Below, in pieces: positions 40,291 through 50,786 of a DNA stretch of 64,000 nucleotides; the first letter of the stretch is position 1; every line of letters begins with the position of its first letter. The stretch comes from an uncultured virus (IMG/VR IMGVR_UViG_2811995274_000001). Taxonomy: Duplodnaviria; Heunggongvirae; Uroviricota; Caudoviricetes. The position numbers and the translations under genes were made by a program. Location: the IMG/VR virus record IMGVR_UViG_2811995274_000001. One strand, given 5' to 3'. Under the pieces are notes generated by a model that ran no database searches, was not told the origin of the DNA, and saw nothing but the letters and a program-made list of their open reading frames with translations.

Positions 40291-42176
40291 CCTTTCTTTA
40301 AAATACTAAATAATGTATCTTCATTTATTATTTTTATATTATTTTTTATAGCTTTATCTAATTTACTTCCAGCATTTTCACCAACTAACAAATAGTTTAC
40401 TTTTTTAGATATACTATCTGTTACTTTATGATCATGCTTTTCTATCAATTGTTTATAATAATTTCTAGGTTTAGTCAATGTTCCAGTAATAACAAACAAT
40501 TTACTATTAGTATTAATTTGTTTGTTACATTCTTTAGGAGTTAACCATTTTAATAAATATACTAGTTTGTCAATAAAATCTTGTGAATGTAATATAATAT
40601 TTGTTTCTGAACCAATACCATATAATGTAGTAAAATCTTCTTTAGTTTTACAAGCATTTATAATTTTATCTATAGTCCTATATTTTGTGGCTAATATTTT
40701 ACCAACATCTTTTCCTATTCCATTAATACATGTTGCAGCTATAAAAGTAGATAAAGGAATATTTACAGATAAAACATTATTTATTTCTTGAATTAATTTA
40801 GTAGCAGATTTAGGGCCTAATCCCTCTAAAGAAATAAGGTCTGATACTTTTAAATTAAAAATAGACATAGGACCATCTTTTATAAGATTAGCTTGTATAA
40901 TCTTTTTTATTGTTTTATTAGAAAGTCCTTTTATGTCAAACATTTCTTTTGAAGATAAATATTCTATTTCTCTAATCAATCTATCATCACAATTCTTATT
41001 TGTACAATATAATTGACCATTTTGTTCTTCTAAGATACTATTACAGCATGGACAATAAAGTATTTTATTAATAGGAGTAGAATTTTCTTCACGATTGATT
41101 ACTCTAGTAATTTGAGGAATAACTTCATTTACTTTTTCTATCTCTACAGTATCGTTATAATGTAAATTTAATTTTTTTATTATATTTAAATTATGAATAG
41201 ATACTTTAGAAATAGTAGAACCATTTAACTCTACAGGCTCTAGAATAGCAACTGGAGTTATCTTAGAACGACCTACGTTCCATTTAACGTCTAAAATTTT
41301 AGTTATAGATTTTTCGCCTATATCTTTCCATGCAAAAGCATTATTTGGATGATGATTCGTAAAACCAAATTTTTCTAAACTTTTATTTAGATTAGATTTT
41401 ATTACTACTCCATCAATAGGAATGTTACCATCTACATAATTAACATAAAAATCTTCAACCATATCATTTATATCATTTGGATTATCTCCTTCAAAATATG
41501 GTACAGTTGTAAATTTTGATTTAGATTCTATTAAATCTAATTTATCTTTTTCAGAAATATCTTGACCTAAAATATCATAACATAAATAATTTAATTTATT
41601 TATATAAGGACTACACTCTTTATTTCTTAAAATTCCAGCTGCTGCATTTCTAGGATTTTTAAACAAAGTTTCTCCTTTTATTTTTCTATCATAATTTATT
41701 TCTTTAAATTCATTATATCCTAGATATACTTCTCCTCTAATAGGATAACCAGTATTATTAACATTTGTTCCCATATATTTTGATATAAAATTAGGTAAAA
41801 TTTCTCCAATTTTACCATTACCTCTTGTTACAAACTTACAAGATCCATCTTTATTAGGATAAGCAACGACTGTTAACCCATCAATCTTAGGTTCGTATAC
41901 TACTGGCCATAATTTTTTAATTTCTTTTAAAAATTTATCCGTATCAGTTCTTTTTATTTTGCTTAAACTTATTACTGGAACTTGATGTTTAAAAGGGATA
42001 AAATCATTAGACACTTCTCCTGGAACATAATTTAAATCTCTAATACCATATGCTTTAATAAATTTTGCCCTAAGACTATCATATTCTGCATCTGTCATTA
42101 TAGGATTATCTAAAGCATAATATGCATGATCAGCAGTTTTTATTTTGTCTAACATTTGTTCTTTTAAGGTATTCAT
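40287..42176 (-). CDS. ligA: NAD-dependent DNA ligase
   Basis: YYALDNP..DAEYD, EPKIDG, TRGNG, NPRNAAAG, DGVVIK, zinc finger, BRCT. Confidence 0.95.
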   Translation of the reverse strand: MNTLKEQMLDKIKTADHAYYALDNPIMTDAEYDSLRAKFIKAYGIRDLNYVPGEVSNDFIPFKHQVPVISLSKIKRTDTDKFLKEIKKLWPVVYEPKIDGLTVVAYPNKDGSCKFVTRGNGKIGEILPNFISKYMGTNVNNTGYPIRGEVYLGYNEFKEINYDRKIKGETLFKNPRNAAAGILRNKECSPYINKLNYLCYDILGQDISEKDKLDLIESKSKFTTVPYFEGDNPNDINDMVEDFYVNYVDGNIPIDGVVIKSNLNKSLEKFGFTNHHPNNAFAWKDIGEKSITKILDVKWNVGRSKITPVAILEPVELNGSTISKVSIHNLNIIKKLNLHYNDTVEIEKVNEVIPQITRVINREENSTPINKILYCPCCNSILEEQNGQLYCTNKNCDDRLIREIEYLSSKEMFDIKGLSNKTIKKIIQANLIKDGPMSIFNLKVSDLISLEGLGPKSATKLIQEINNVLSVNIPLSTFIAATCINGIGKDVGKILATKYRTIDKIINACKTKEDFTTLYGIGSETNIILHSQDFIDKLVYLLKWLTPKECNKQINTNSKLFVITGTLTKPRNYYKQLIEKHDHKVTDSISKKVNYLLVGENAGSKLDKAIKNNIKIINEDTLFSILKKG

Positions 42177-42188
42177 ATTTTTACTCCT

Positions 42189-42392
42189 TTAGAACTCAAA
42201 CCAATCAGTACATTCTTCTTCGTTAGAATCGTTTCTAACAGACATTAATTTTTCAGTAACACATGGATCATCTAAAATAAAATCTCCTAGATCATATCTT
42301 TCAATTGCAATATCTTTAGCTTCATCTATATTGTCTGCTTCTACTACAAAATCCTGAGAACATGTTTCTTCAATTGTTACAATATATTTCAT
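42189..42392 (-). CDS. DpnD/PcfM-like small protein
   Basis: MKYIVTIEETCSQDFVVEA...EA...Y...FIL; start at 42392. Confidence 0.55.
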   Translation of the reverse strand: MKYIVTIEETCSQDFVVEADNIDEAKDIAIERYDLGDFILDDPCVTEKLMSVRNDSNEEECTDWFEF

Positions 42393-42396
42393 CTTC

Positions 42397-42741
42397 TTAC
42401 TCCAATCTTGATCCTTTAATAGATTCACCACAATTAGGACAAATATAGTATTCATTTTCTAATCCTGGCATAAGATCACCATTTTCATCTAATGCTAAAG
42501 CATTATAATTTTCATCATAGTTATTATTGAATGTTGATAGATTCCATTCTTCAACATCAAACATTTCTTGACATTCTGGACAAATTACTAAAAAATCTTT
42601 TTTTTCTTCTTTATCATAACTTAATAAAACTTCATTGCAATCTTCACATTCAAGCGACACGTTTCTATCTTTACCATAAGATACACATACAATATTATGT
42701 CCAATATGTTGTTTTAAACTATTGTAATCACACACACTCAT
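42397..42741 (-). CDS. zinc-ribbon hypothetical protein
   Basis: HIGH..CEDC, CPEC, CPNC; AAGGAG RBS. Confidence 0.7.
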   Translation of the reverse strand: MSVCDYNSLKQHIGHNIVCVSYGKDRNVSLECEDCNEVLLSYDKEEKKDFLVICPECQEMFDVEEWNLSTFNNNYDENYNALALDENGDLMPGLENEYYICPNCGESIKGSRLE

Positions 42742-42758
42742 AATTATTTTCTCCTTTA

Positions 42759-42802
42759 ATATTAAATGTGCCTATATACAGATATATAAGCACATTTAAT
42801 AT
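42759..42802. repeat. inverted repeat hairpin
   Basis: ATATTAAATGTGC/GCACATTTAATAT plus an imperfect inner stem. Confidence 0.75.
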
Positions 42803-42806
42803 ATTT

Positions 42807-44654
42807 CTATTCAATTTTTATTCCATTAATAATAGTTTTATCATAGTACTCTTTCTTATTCACTATTTTTTGAGCTATTTCATCATAACTGTTTTCACAT
42901 ATTAATTGATATACAAACACAGTTTTATGAGTTGAATCTGCTCTTTTAACTCTACCATGACGTTGTTGTTGTATAGCATAGCTATTAGCTAAATCTACTT
43001 CTATTACATACCTACACCAACTTAAATTTATACCCTCAGCTCCAGCATCTGAACAACATAATATTTTACAATTTTCATTATCTCTAAATTTATTATAAAC
43101 TTCATCGTATCTTGCATTCGTATTTAAAGAGCCATTAATATATGCTATTTCAATATCCTTAAAGATATTAGATTTTTCTTTTGATATACGATTAGTAATA
43201 ATATCCTGCATTTTAGTAAATCTACTAAAAATGCACACTTTTTCTCCAGAATTTAAAATCTCTTCTAATAGATCTATTAAAAGATTCATCTTATTACTTT
43301 CTGTATTACTAATATAATTTTTAGCAGATAAAGAATCACTTAAAGATAGTAATTCTTCTGAATCAGCTAATTCCTGTGCAAATGTTTGACGCATCATTAT
43401 ATTAGCTTCTATTTTAGCTAATTCTTCTTTATTTTCTTCTGGATTTTGTTGTAATATCTTTTCTTTCTCATGAAGTTCTTCTAATTCAGATAACAATTTA
43501 TTATTTATCTCTTGTTGTTCAGGTGTTAATTCACAATATTTTTGCAATACAACTACTTCTGGTAACTGAGCTCCAATCTCTTCCTGAGGAATGATTATCA
43601 TATATGGACTAATTTTTTGATTTAAATTTTCTTCATTAATTGCGCCAATAGGTCTACCGTATCCTCCCCATTTAATATAAAATCTATTAAATTGAGATTT
43701 ACTAGGAAATACGTTCGGATTTATGAACTTAAATAAACTATATATATCTCTAGGATCTCTTTGGATCGGAGTTGCTGTAGCACCATATTTTAATTTAACA
43801 TTGTTAAATCTACATAAAGCTTCTGCTCGTTTTGAAGTATCATTTTTAATATAATGAATTTCATCTGCATATACAAAATCTAATTTTATAGATTCTAATT
43901 TTGTTACTATTTCATTATTTAATAATGTTTCATAATTCAAGATAAATAAATCTATATCATTTTCAAACTGATGTTCAAAAAAATCTGTATTATTAAGAAC
44001 ATCTAGTTCATTTTTTATGATATTTTGTTTTTCAATATCTAATTCTTTTTTCAATAGTTTATTTTTGTTACGAATTATGCTCTTTTTGATACTAATAGAT
44101 TCTGCTCTAGTATAAACAATTTGTGCTTTTAAGTTAGAAAATTTTTTAATTTCCATTAGCCATTGTTTTTTTAATGAAGCTTTAGCTACTATCATTCCTT
44201 GATTAGAAACTATATTTTGTAATCTAGCTTCTAAATAAATACCTATCCCTATAGGAGTTTTACCGCAACCACAACCTCCTATAATAATAGCATTTTGTTT
44301 ATCAAGTGCTAACTTAATAGCTTTTTTTTGATAATCAAAAGGCTGTAGTTTCATCATATGTCCAATATTAGTAAAATCTTGAACTACATTAAAATCTTCT
44401 GAAGATATTTTTATTATATTTTTTAATTTATTATTTTTATTAGGAAAAATTTTTTTATCTAAGGCTTCAAATTCCTCAAAACAAGTACTAGTTACTAGCC
44501 AGCACTTGTTTTGAGCATCATATGTTTTTTTACTAGGATGAGCGAGAATTTGTGCAAATTCATTAAAAAATTTAATAGTACGTCTAGTTCTATTAAATTT
44601 TATAGCATAATCGTATTCATTATTTTCTATCTTTTTATACGTTATTATTTGCAT
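42807..44654 (-). CDS. SNF2-family helicase
   Basis: GCGKT, ILNYE, ADEIH, TATP, AGAEGINL, QRHGRVKR. Confidence 0.9.
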   Translation of the reverse strand: MQIITYKKIENNEYDYAIKFNRTRRTIKFFNEFAQILAHPSKKTYDAQNKCWLVTSTCFEEFEALDKKIFPNKNNKLKNIIKISSEDFNVVQDFTNIGHMMKLQPFDYQKKAIKLALDKQNAIIIGGCGCGKTPIGIGIYLEARLQNIVSNQGMIVAKASLKKQWLMEIKKFSNLKAQIVYTRAESISIKKSIIRNKNKLLKKELDIEKQNIIKNELDVLNNTDFFEHQFENDIDLFILNYETLLNNEIVTKLESIKLDFVYADEIHYIKNDTSKRAEALCRFNNVKLKYGATATPIQRDPRDIYSLFKFINPNVFPSKSQFNRFYIKWGGYGRPIGAINEENLNQKISPYMIIIPQEEIGAQLPEVVVLQKYCELTPEQQEINNKLLSELEELHEKEKILQQNPEENKEELAKIEANIMMRQTFAQELADSEELLSLSDSLSAKNYISNTESNKMNLLIDLLEEILNSGEKVCIFSRFTKMQDIITNRISKEKSNIFKDIEIAYINGSLNTNARYDEVYNKFRDNENCKILCCSDAGAEGINLSWCRYVIEVDLANSYAIQQQRHGRVKRADSTHKTVFVYQLICENSYDEIAQKIVNKKEYYDKTIINGIKIE

Positions 44655-44665
44655 AAAACTCTTCC

Positions 44666-45946
44666 TTATTTTATTTCATTTGGGATATCTTTTTTTTCTT
44701 CAATAAAATTAGTTATTTCATTTACACTTTGACCAATTGTATTAAGCATTTTCCCTTTTATTCTAGTAACTGAATATTCTTGATTAATTTTATGTCTAGG
44801 TAGCATGCTAAACTGGTCTAATATGTTGCTTAATTGTCCCATTAAAATTTCTAAAACTTCAGCTGCATGATTAGACAACTCATAATAATAATCATCTAGT
44901 TTTTTATTTTGAGCCTGAAGTTCTATAATAATTTGTTGTTGCTTCTTTAACTCATCATTAATTCTGTTATTTTCTTCAATTAGTTTATCTACAACAGTAA
45001 AACCTTGATTTAATTCTTGGCGTTGTTGTTGTAGACAAGAATTAACTTGATTATGCAACATATTAAAATAATTGTTTATATTACTTTTTAAAATATTAAA
45101 TTCATGATTGGGATCATTATCAATGTTGTTGCTTACTTTATCATTAGCAATAACTTTGTCATTATCGATAGTAGGTATGCTTAGATTACTAACAGTGCTA
45201 TCTATTTTATTTTTATCATTTAGATCATCATTCGATTTATTTTCTGTTGTAATCATCTTCTTTTCATTATCTTCATTATTATTAGCATAGAATTCATCTA
45301 TAAATTTTTGTATATCTTTATCATTATTTGTTAATCTGAAATAAGTTGTATTGGTTTGTAATACTATCAATAATTTTTTATCCATTAATAATTGTAGTAT
45401 ATCTAAAGCTTTATTTGTATCAACAAAAGATCTAATAATTATATTTGCTGTTAAAAATAAATTAACCCATTTTTCTCCACATTTAGATTTTAATAAATAA
45501 CGATAAATACTTAAAAAATCATCTACATTTATGCTAGTATTTTCCATTAAAATTTCCTTTATGAAATTATTATCTGGTGAAGAATCAAATTTATATATTG
45601 GAAGTCTATTATCTATAATTTCTTCTCTAGAAATATTTTCTACAAATTTAATATCAATGTATGTTTTTGATGCGCTATATTCAGCTCTTTGATGTAAAAT
45701 AAAATTTGTATTTCTTTTTATAATATGAGCAAATTTATATGAATCTAAAATTTTCAAATTATATTTTTTAGCTAATTGTTTTACTCTTAACGATATTCCT
45801 TCTTTATTGTTTTTTATGTTAGAAATTATTGTCTGTATATACTCCTTGTTTTCACTCAAAAACTCTTTTTCTTTTAAAATTCTTTTTTCTATTACCGAAT
45901 CAGAATGTATATAATCCTTTATTTGATTAGATGGTAATTCGTGCAT
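44666..45946 (-). CDS. hypothetical protein with a C-terminal coiled coil
   Basis: 426 aa, AAGGAG RBS. Confidence 0.7.
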   Translation of the reverse strand: MHELPSNQIKDYIHSDSVIEKRILKEKEFLSENKEYIQTIISNIKNNKEGISLRVKQLAKKYNLKILDSYKFAHIIKRNTNFILHQRAEYSASKTYIDIKFVENISREEIIDNRLPIYKFDSSPDNNFIKEILMENTSINVDDFLSIYRYLLKSKCGEKWVNLFLTANIIIRSFVDTNKALDILQLLMDKKLLIVLQTNTTYFRLTNNDKDIQKFIDEFYANNNEDNEKKMITTENKSNDDLNDKNKIDSTVSNLSIPTIDNDKVIANDKVSNNIDNDPNHEFNILKSNINNYFNMLHNQVNSCLQQQRQELNQGFTVVDKLIEENNRINDELKKQQQIIIELQAQNKKLDDYYYELSNHAAEVLEILMGQLSNILDQFSMLPRHKINQEYSVTRIKGKMLNTIGQSVNEITNFIEEKKDIPNEIK

Positions 45947-45973
45947 AAAAATAACTCCTTTCCATGCACTTAA

Positions 45974-47884
45974 TTATCTTCTTTCTATAAAGGACGGATT
46001 AATTTCATTTACAAATTGAGACTGTAAAAAGCTTACTTGTTGATAACCAGTTATTATTTTTTTTGGTCTAGTAATAAATAGCTCTTCTTTTGCTCTAGTC
46101 ATAGCTACATAGAACAATCTGCGTTCTTCAGCTACGTTATTTTCTTTAAGAGATTTTTGATATGGAATTATGTTTTGATTTGCTCCAACAATTATAACAA
46201 TAGGAAACTCTAAACCTTTAGAAGCATGCATAGTCATTAAAGAAACCTTATCGGGCGTATCGTTTTCTTCATTTGTTCTAGTATCTTCTTCATATAAGGC
46301 AATAGCTTCCAAGAATTCGTCTAACGTTTGATATTTGAGTGATAATTTTTTTAATTCTTCTAAATTATTAATTCTATCATCTAGCTCTTCTTCGCTTAAA
46401 TCAAGTAAATATTCTTCATATTTAGTTAATTTTATGATTTTATTTATAATTTTATCTAAAGAAATGCCATTGCTTAAATCACATCTTATTTGCTCAATGA
46501 TTGATATAAAATTGTTTAATCCCTTCTGAGCCTTCCCTTTTAGCTTAATATTCTTAAGTGCATCTAGCCCCATTTTATCACACATAATATAATCTTGACA
46601 AGATTGCATAATTTTATCTAAGCTAACATCGCCAATACCACGTTTTGGGACATTAATAATTCTTTCTAATGCAACTAAATCTTGAGGATTCGCTACGTAT
46701 TTTAAATAGCCAATAATATCTTTAATTTCTATACGATTATAAAAAGCACAGCCATTTGAAATAGTATATGGTATTCCGTTTTTAAATAAAGTTTTTTCAA
46801 TTATTCTAGATAAAAAAGATACTCTATATAAAATCGCAATATCTTTATATGAATGGTTAGTATTATTTATAAGTGCTTTAATTGTTCTACTTACATATTC
46901 CGCTTCAGATTCATTATCTTGAAGTGAAATATAAGCAATTTTATTGCCATTATTATTTTCTGTATAAAGATATTTTTCTAATCTATTGTTGTTTTTAGCT
47001 ATTACAGACTGAGCTGCATCCACTATTGTTTTTGTAGAACGATAATTTCTTCCTAAAATATATTTTTTTAAATTATAGTTATCAATAAATTTATAATAAG
47101 AATCAATATTTACTCCTCTAAAAGAATAAATACTTTGATCATCATCGCCTACTAAACAAATATTCATATTAATTCCACCTAGAAATAAGATTAATTTTAA
47201 ATCTCTAGGAGAACTATCTTGACTTTCGTCAGCTATAATATATTCAAATCTTCTATTAATACTATTTAAAACATCTTCATATTGCTCACATAATCTAATA
47301 ACAAAGTAGATTAAATCATCGAAGTCAAAAGCATTATTATTTTTTAATTCTTTGGCATATTCTTCATAGTATTCCGCAACCATTTGTTCATATTTATTAG
47401 TAGCATTATCTTTTGCTAAAGAAGGTGAAATCATTTTTTCTTTAAATCTAGAAAAACTACTATTAAGTTGTCTGGCTTTAATTCGATCATTGTTATTACG
47501 TTTTAATATAAGCTCAATAATTCTATTTTTATCATTATCATCATAAATAGAAAAATTCTTTTTCCATCCTAATCTATCAGCATATTTTCTTAATATTTTA
47601 CCACAAAAACTATGATACGTACTTACAGTAACCATATTAGAAATATCGCCAATTTTATTATATAATCTTTCTTTAATTTCATTTGCTGCTTTTTTAGTAA
47701 AAGTAAATAATACAATTTTATTTGGATCAATGCCATCTTCTATCATATATGCACAACGACTAATTACTGTTTTAGTTTTTCCACTTCCTGGACCTGCAAT
47801 AATAGCCATTGCTCCATTGTAATCAACTACTGGACCAATTTGTTGTTCATTTAATTCACTTAATATTAATTGTTTATTTGTCAT
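45974..47884 (-). CDS. pcrA: UvrD/PcrA SF1 helicase
   Basis: AGPGSGKT, TFTKKAA, DESQD, VGDDDQSIYSFRG, NYRS, HASKGLEF, YVAMTRA. Confidence 0.95.
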   Translation of the reverse strand: MTNKQLILSELNEQQIGPVVDYNGAMAIIAGPGSGKTKTVISRCAYMIEDGIDPNKIVLFTFTKKAANEIKERLYNKIGDISNMVTVSTYHSFCGKILRKYADRLGWKKNFSIYDDNDKNRIIELILKRNNNDRIKARQLNSSFSRFKEKMISPSLAKDNATNKYEQMVAEYYEEYAKELKNNNAFDFDDLIYFVIRLCEQYEDVLNSINRRFEYIIADESQDSSPRDLKLILFLGGINMNICLVGDDDQSIYSFRGVNIDSYYKFIDNYNLKKYILGRNYRSTKTIVDAAQSVIAKNNNRLEKYLYTENNNGNKIAYISLQDNESEAEYVSRTIKALINNTNHSYKDIAILYRVSFLSRIIEKTLFKNGIPYTISNGCAFYNRIEIKDIIGYLKYVANPQDLVALERIINVPKRGIGDVSLDKIMQSCQDYIMCDKMGLDALKNIKLKGKAQKGLNNFISIIEQIRCDLSNGISLDKIINKIIKLTKYEEYLLDLSEEELDDRINNLEELKKLSLKYQTLDEFLEAIALYEEDTRTNEENDTPDKVSLMTMHASKGLEFPIVIIVGANQNIIPYQKSLKENNVAEERRLFYVAMTRAKEELFITRPKKIITGYQQVSFLQSQFVNEINPSFIERR

Positions 47885-47949
47885 AGCATATTGCCTCTTT
47901 TCTATATAAATACAAAAGGGGCAATATGCCCCATAAATTTTATTAAAAT

Positions 47950-48147
47950 TTATAAAGATGAAATAAATTGTTCAATATCATCATTTTTATATTTATCATC
48001 TTTATCGTGTTCATCTATTAATTTTGCTCCGTCAATAGATGCAACAATTTCATCTAAAGTATTTTCACAACTAGTACCAGAGAAACCTTCTAATGTTTCA
48101 GCTGTAAAATTTCCTTCGTTGTCAATAATAAATTTTACTTTTTTCAT
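47950..48147 (-). CDS. DUF2997-family small protein
   Basis: VKFIIDNEGNFTAE..GFSGTSC...L. Confidence 0.7.
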   Translation of the reverse strand: MKKVKFIIDNEGNFTAETLEGFSGTSCENTLDEIVASIDGAKLIDEHDKDDKYKNDDIEQFISSL

Positions 48148-48250
48148 TTATAATCTTTCCTTTCACTATTTATTTTTATAAAACATACTAGAAAAATATA
48201 TATCAATATAAGTAATATCTACTTGATATTTATGACATTTCAAATAGTTA

Positions 48251-48907
48251 TTACTCATCATAATTTACTCTTTCTAACTTAACTACTTTAGTAGGACTTT
48301 CTTTTTTATCAAAACAAGGAATACAATAAGTACCGCATGATCTGCAATAACAATTCGAATCAGAATCTACATTTAATCTAGCATTTTCAGCTGTAACATA
48401 TCCTGTACTAAAATCATCGTATAAAATTTCTCCATTTAACTTCATTTTAAATTGTAATGGAGAAGATAATACTATTTCTAAGTTATCATAACTAGCTCCA
48501 CAGTTAGGACATCTAATAATTTTATTATTAATTTTCTCTTTATCAATAATTTCACAAATAATATTGTTCTTAACTGTTTTAAATGATTCAGTATAATCAT
48601 CTGTATTTATATTTAATACTGTTAAAATACTGTTTTTAAAATCTACACATTCAATTGGTATATTTGCATCAGATAAAAAAGATCTTATAGTACTTCTTAA
48701 ATCTAATGTATAAACATCAGATGGTGTTTTTCTTTCTTCCCATGCAGTCAAAATTAACATTTCATTTGCATTTTTAAATGCTTCTTCTAAAGTAGAAGCA
48801 GAAGAAAAACATTCTTTGTAATCTATTAAAGAAACAATATATCTTCCATATTGTCCTTTAAATATATCTTTTATTTTTATGATTAATGCAGGATATTTTA
48901 AATACAT
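48251..48907 (-). CDS. HicB-like antitoxin domain fused to a zinc-ribbon region
   Basis: YPALI..YIVSLID..CFS.ASTLEEAFKNANEML; CPNC, CRSC; start at 48907 after AAGGAG. Confidence 0.6.
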   Translation of the reverse strand: MYLKYPALIIKIKDIFKGQYGRYIVSLIDYKECFSSASTLEEAFKNANEMLILTAWEERKTPSDVYTLDLRSTIRSFLSDANIPIECVDFKNSILTVLNINTDDYTESFKTVKNNIICEIIDKEKINNKIIRCPNCGASYDNLEIVLSSPLQFKMKLNGEILYDDFSTGYVTAENARLNVDSDSNCYCRSCGTYCIPCFDKKESPTKVVKLERVNYDE

Positions 48908-48922
48908 ATTTTTATTCTCCTT

Positions 48923-48968
48923 TATATATAGATAGAGCAAGTAAAAATTCTTGCTCTATCTATATATA
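48923..48968. repeat. 19-bp perfect inverted repeat
   Basis: TATATATAGATAGAGCAAG/CTTGCTCTATCTATATATA. Confidence 0.85.
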
Positions 48969-48971
48969 TAA

Positions 48972-49367
48972 CTAACAACAAGCTACCAGTTCAATTTCTT
49001 CTTTTTCATTAGTTGAAATAGATTCAATAGAGAATCCTTTTTCTTCTAATTCTGTCTGAATTCTAATTTTTTGATAAGTTTGAGCTAACTTATTTAAAAA
49101 GCTAGATTCATTTAATCCAGTTCCCCAGAAATCTCCCTCCAATGTTAATTCTGTATCACCATTTTCATTTTCTTTTAATATAAATCCTAACGGAAGAATA
49201 TTTGAATTTTGCTTTAATGCACATGTAACATTTGCAGAATTACCATACGCAGCAATTTCATTAACGTTAAAATCTAATGAAAAACCTAATTCTTCACATG
49301 CTTCTTTTAAAAATCTTCTTTCCACATTTTTTAAAGCCTTTGATTGATATTTTCTCCAACAACTCAT
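48972..49367 (-). CDS. DUF1257 (Ycf35-like) protein
   Basis: MS...L..ACEELGF, LGF, L.GDFWG, LAQTY..I..ELEEKGF, EIELV. Confidence 0.7.
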   Translation of the reverse strand: MSCWRKYQSKALKNVERRFLKEACEELGFSLDFNVNEIAAYGNSANVTCALKQNSNILPLGFILKENENGDTELTLEGDFWGTGLNESSFLNKLAQTYQKIRIQTELEEKGFSIESISTNEKEEIELVACC

Positions 49368-49391
49368 ATTAAGTTGCCTCCTTTAAATTAT

Positions 49392-49739
49392 TTATATTAT
49401 TTTCCAAACTCCATCTTGTCCTAATAAGGCAATTTGATAAAGTTTGAGTAAAGCGAATTTAACATTTCCTTCAGATACATCCCAATAATCTTTATTCATT
49501 TGATTATTTAGTTTATTAATAGCATTTTGTATCTTATCAATTGTTCGAGATACTTTTTTATTATTTAAAATATATATTCCATCTTTATTATCAAATATTT
49601 TTTGAAGAATGCTGCTATAGTTATAAGTTAAATTTAAATATAGTAATTTATCATAATCGTTACTATCTATATATCCAGCATAATTTGAACTTATAATTTT
49701 TTTAGTTTTTGGATTATATATATAAATATCATAACTCAT
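49392..49739 (-). CDS. hypothetical phage protein
   Basis: MSYDI..NLTYNYS..GI..L..YW..DGVW pattern, common in phages. Confidence 0.65.
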   Translation of the reverse strand: MSYDIYIYNPKTKKIISSNYAGYIDSNDYDKLLYLNLTYNYSSILQKIFDNKDGIYILNNKKVSRTIDKIQNAINKLNNQMNKDYWDVSEGNVKFALLKLYQIALLGQDGVWKII

Positions 49740-49745
49740 TAATCA

Positions 49746-50438
49746 TTAATCCTTTTTTATTAAAGATTGTAATGTCGGAGCTAATCCACAAGACATTTTA
49801 CCTTCTAAGCAATATCCTTTTTTACATGTAGCTCCTGCATCGTCAAATATGTTTGGAGCTACTTTGCTTACTTCTTTTAACATTAAATTAGCTAATTTAC
49901 GAATTTCCCATTGTGCTCTTGTACAACATCGTAATTTAAAAAAGTTCATTAAAGAACGAGCATTAAATGTTGCTATAATTTTTGTTTCTGTAGCATTAGC
50001 TAAAACATAACGAGCATCTTCTTTAGGAACATTCATAGCTACTAATTCATCATAAGTTTGGCGAATTGTATGCATTAGATTTTCAAATTTTACCTTAGCT
50101 TCATCATTTTTAGCGATTGATGGCGGTAAAATATATTCAAAATCATGTTCACTTACATAACGCTGAGATTGTTGAGAATAAGAAGCAATACGATGACGTA
50201 CCAATTGATGAGATAATGTTCTTGAAATACCTTCAATAGCAAATGTAAAAGTAATATGTTCAAATGGAGATAAATGCCCCATTTCTTTTAATTTTTTAAT
50301 AAAATTTTTTGTACTATTAACTTCTGGCATTTCGTTTAATAATTGATTAATAGTTTTATCGCTATAGCATAACTTAGCTGACATAGCGACGATATTTTCT
50401 GGATTAAAACTATGATTAATTAATTTACAGTCTAACAA
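49746..50438 (-). CDS. thyX: FAD-dependent thymidylate synthase
   Basis: GHLSPFEH, SRTLSHQLVRHRIASYSQQSQRY, EDARY, AQWEIR. Confidence 0.96.
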   Translation of the reverse strand: MLDCKLINHSFNPENIVAMSAKLCYSDKTINQLLNEMPEVNSTKNFIKKLKEMGHLSPFEHITFTFAIEGISRTLSHQLVRHRIASYSQQSQRYVSEHDFEYILPPSIAKNDEAKVKFENLMHTIRQTYDELVAMNVPKEDARYVLANATETKIIATFNARSLMNFFKLRCCTRAQWEIRKLANLMLKEVSKVAPNIFDDAGATCKKGYCLEGKMSCGLAPTLQSLIKKD

Positions 50439-50441
50439 TTT

Positions 50442-50759
50442 TTATTTCTCCTCTATACCATATTTATTCATTATTTTTCTTAGAAGATTACGTCTATAAT
50501 TTTTTTCTTCTAGACTTAAACTATTAACATTATTATCCTCTAAAAAATTTTTTTTAGTTTTTATAATTGGAATTAGTACATCTTTTATAATATATTCAGC
50601 TTCATCAGAGTATATTATTGTATTTTGTAATGCAGCATACAAATTTTCAATTTGTAATTCTACGCTATCTGTTTCATTTTGTATTTGTTCTTTTATTTTT
50701 TTATAAGTAGACCTATTTATCGTTATAGGTTTATTTGTTGGTTTATATTTAATTATCAT
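50442..50759 (-). CDS. hypothetical protein
   Basis: 105-aa ORF within the operon. Confidence 0.6.
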   Translation of the reverse strand: MIIKYKPTNKPITINRSTYKKIKEQIQNETDSVELQIENLYAALQNTIIYSDEAEYIIKDVLIPIIKTKKNFLEDNNVNSLSLEEKNYRRNLLRKIMNKYGIEEK

Positions 50760-50786
50760 ATATGTGTTTCCTATAACTTTTATTTT

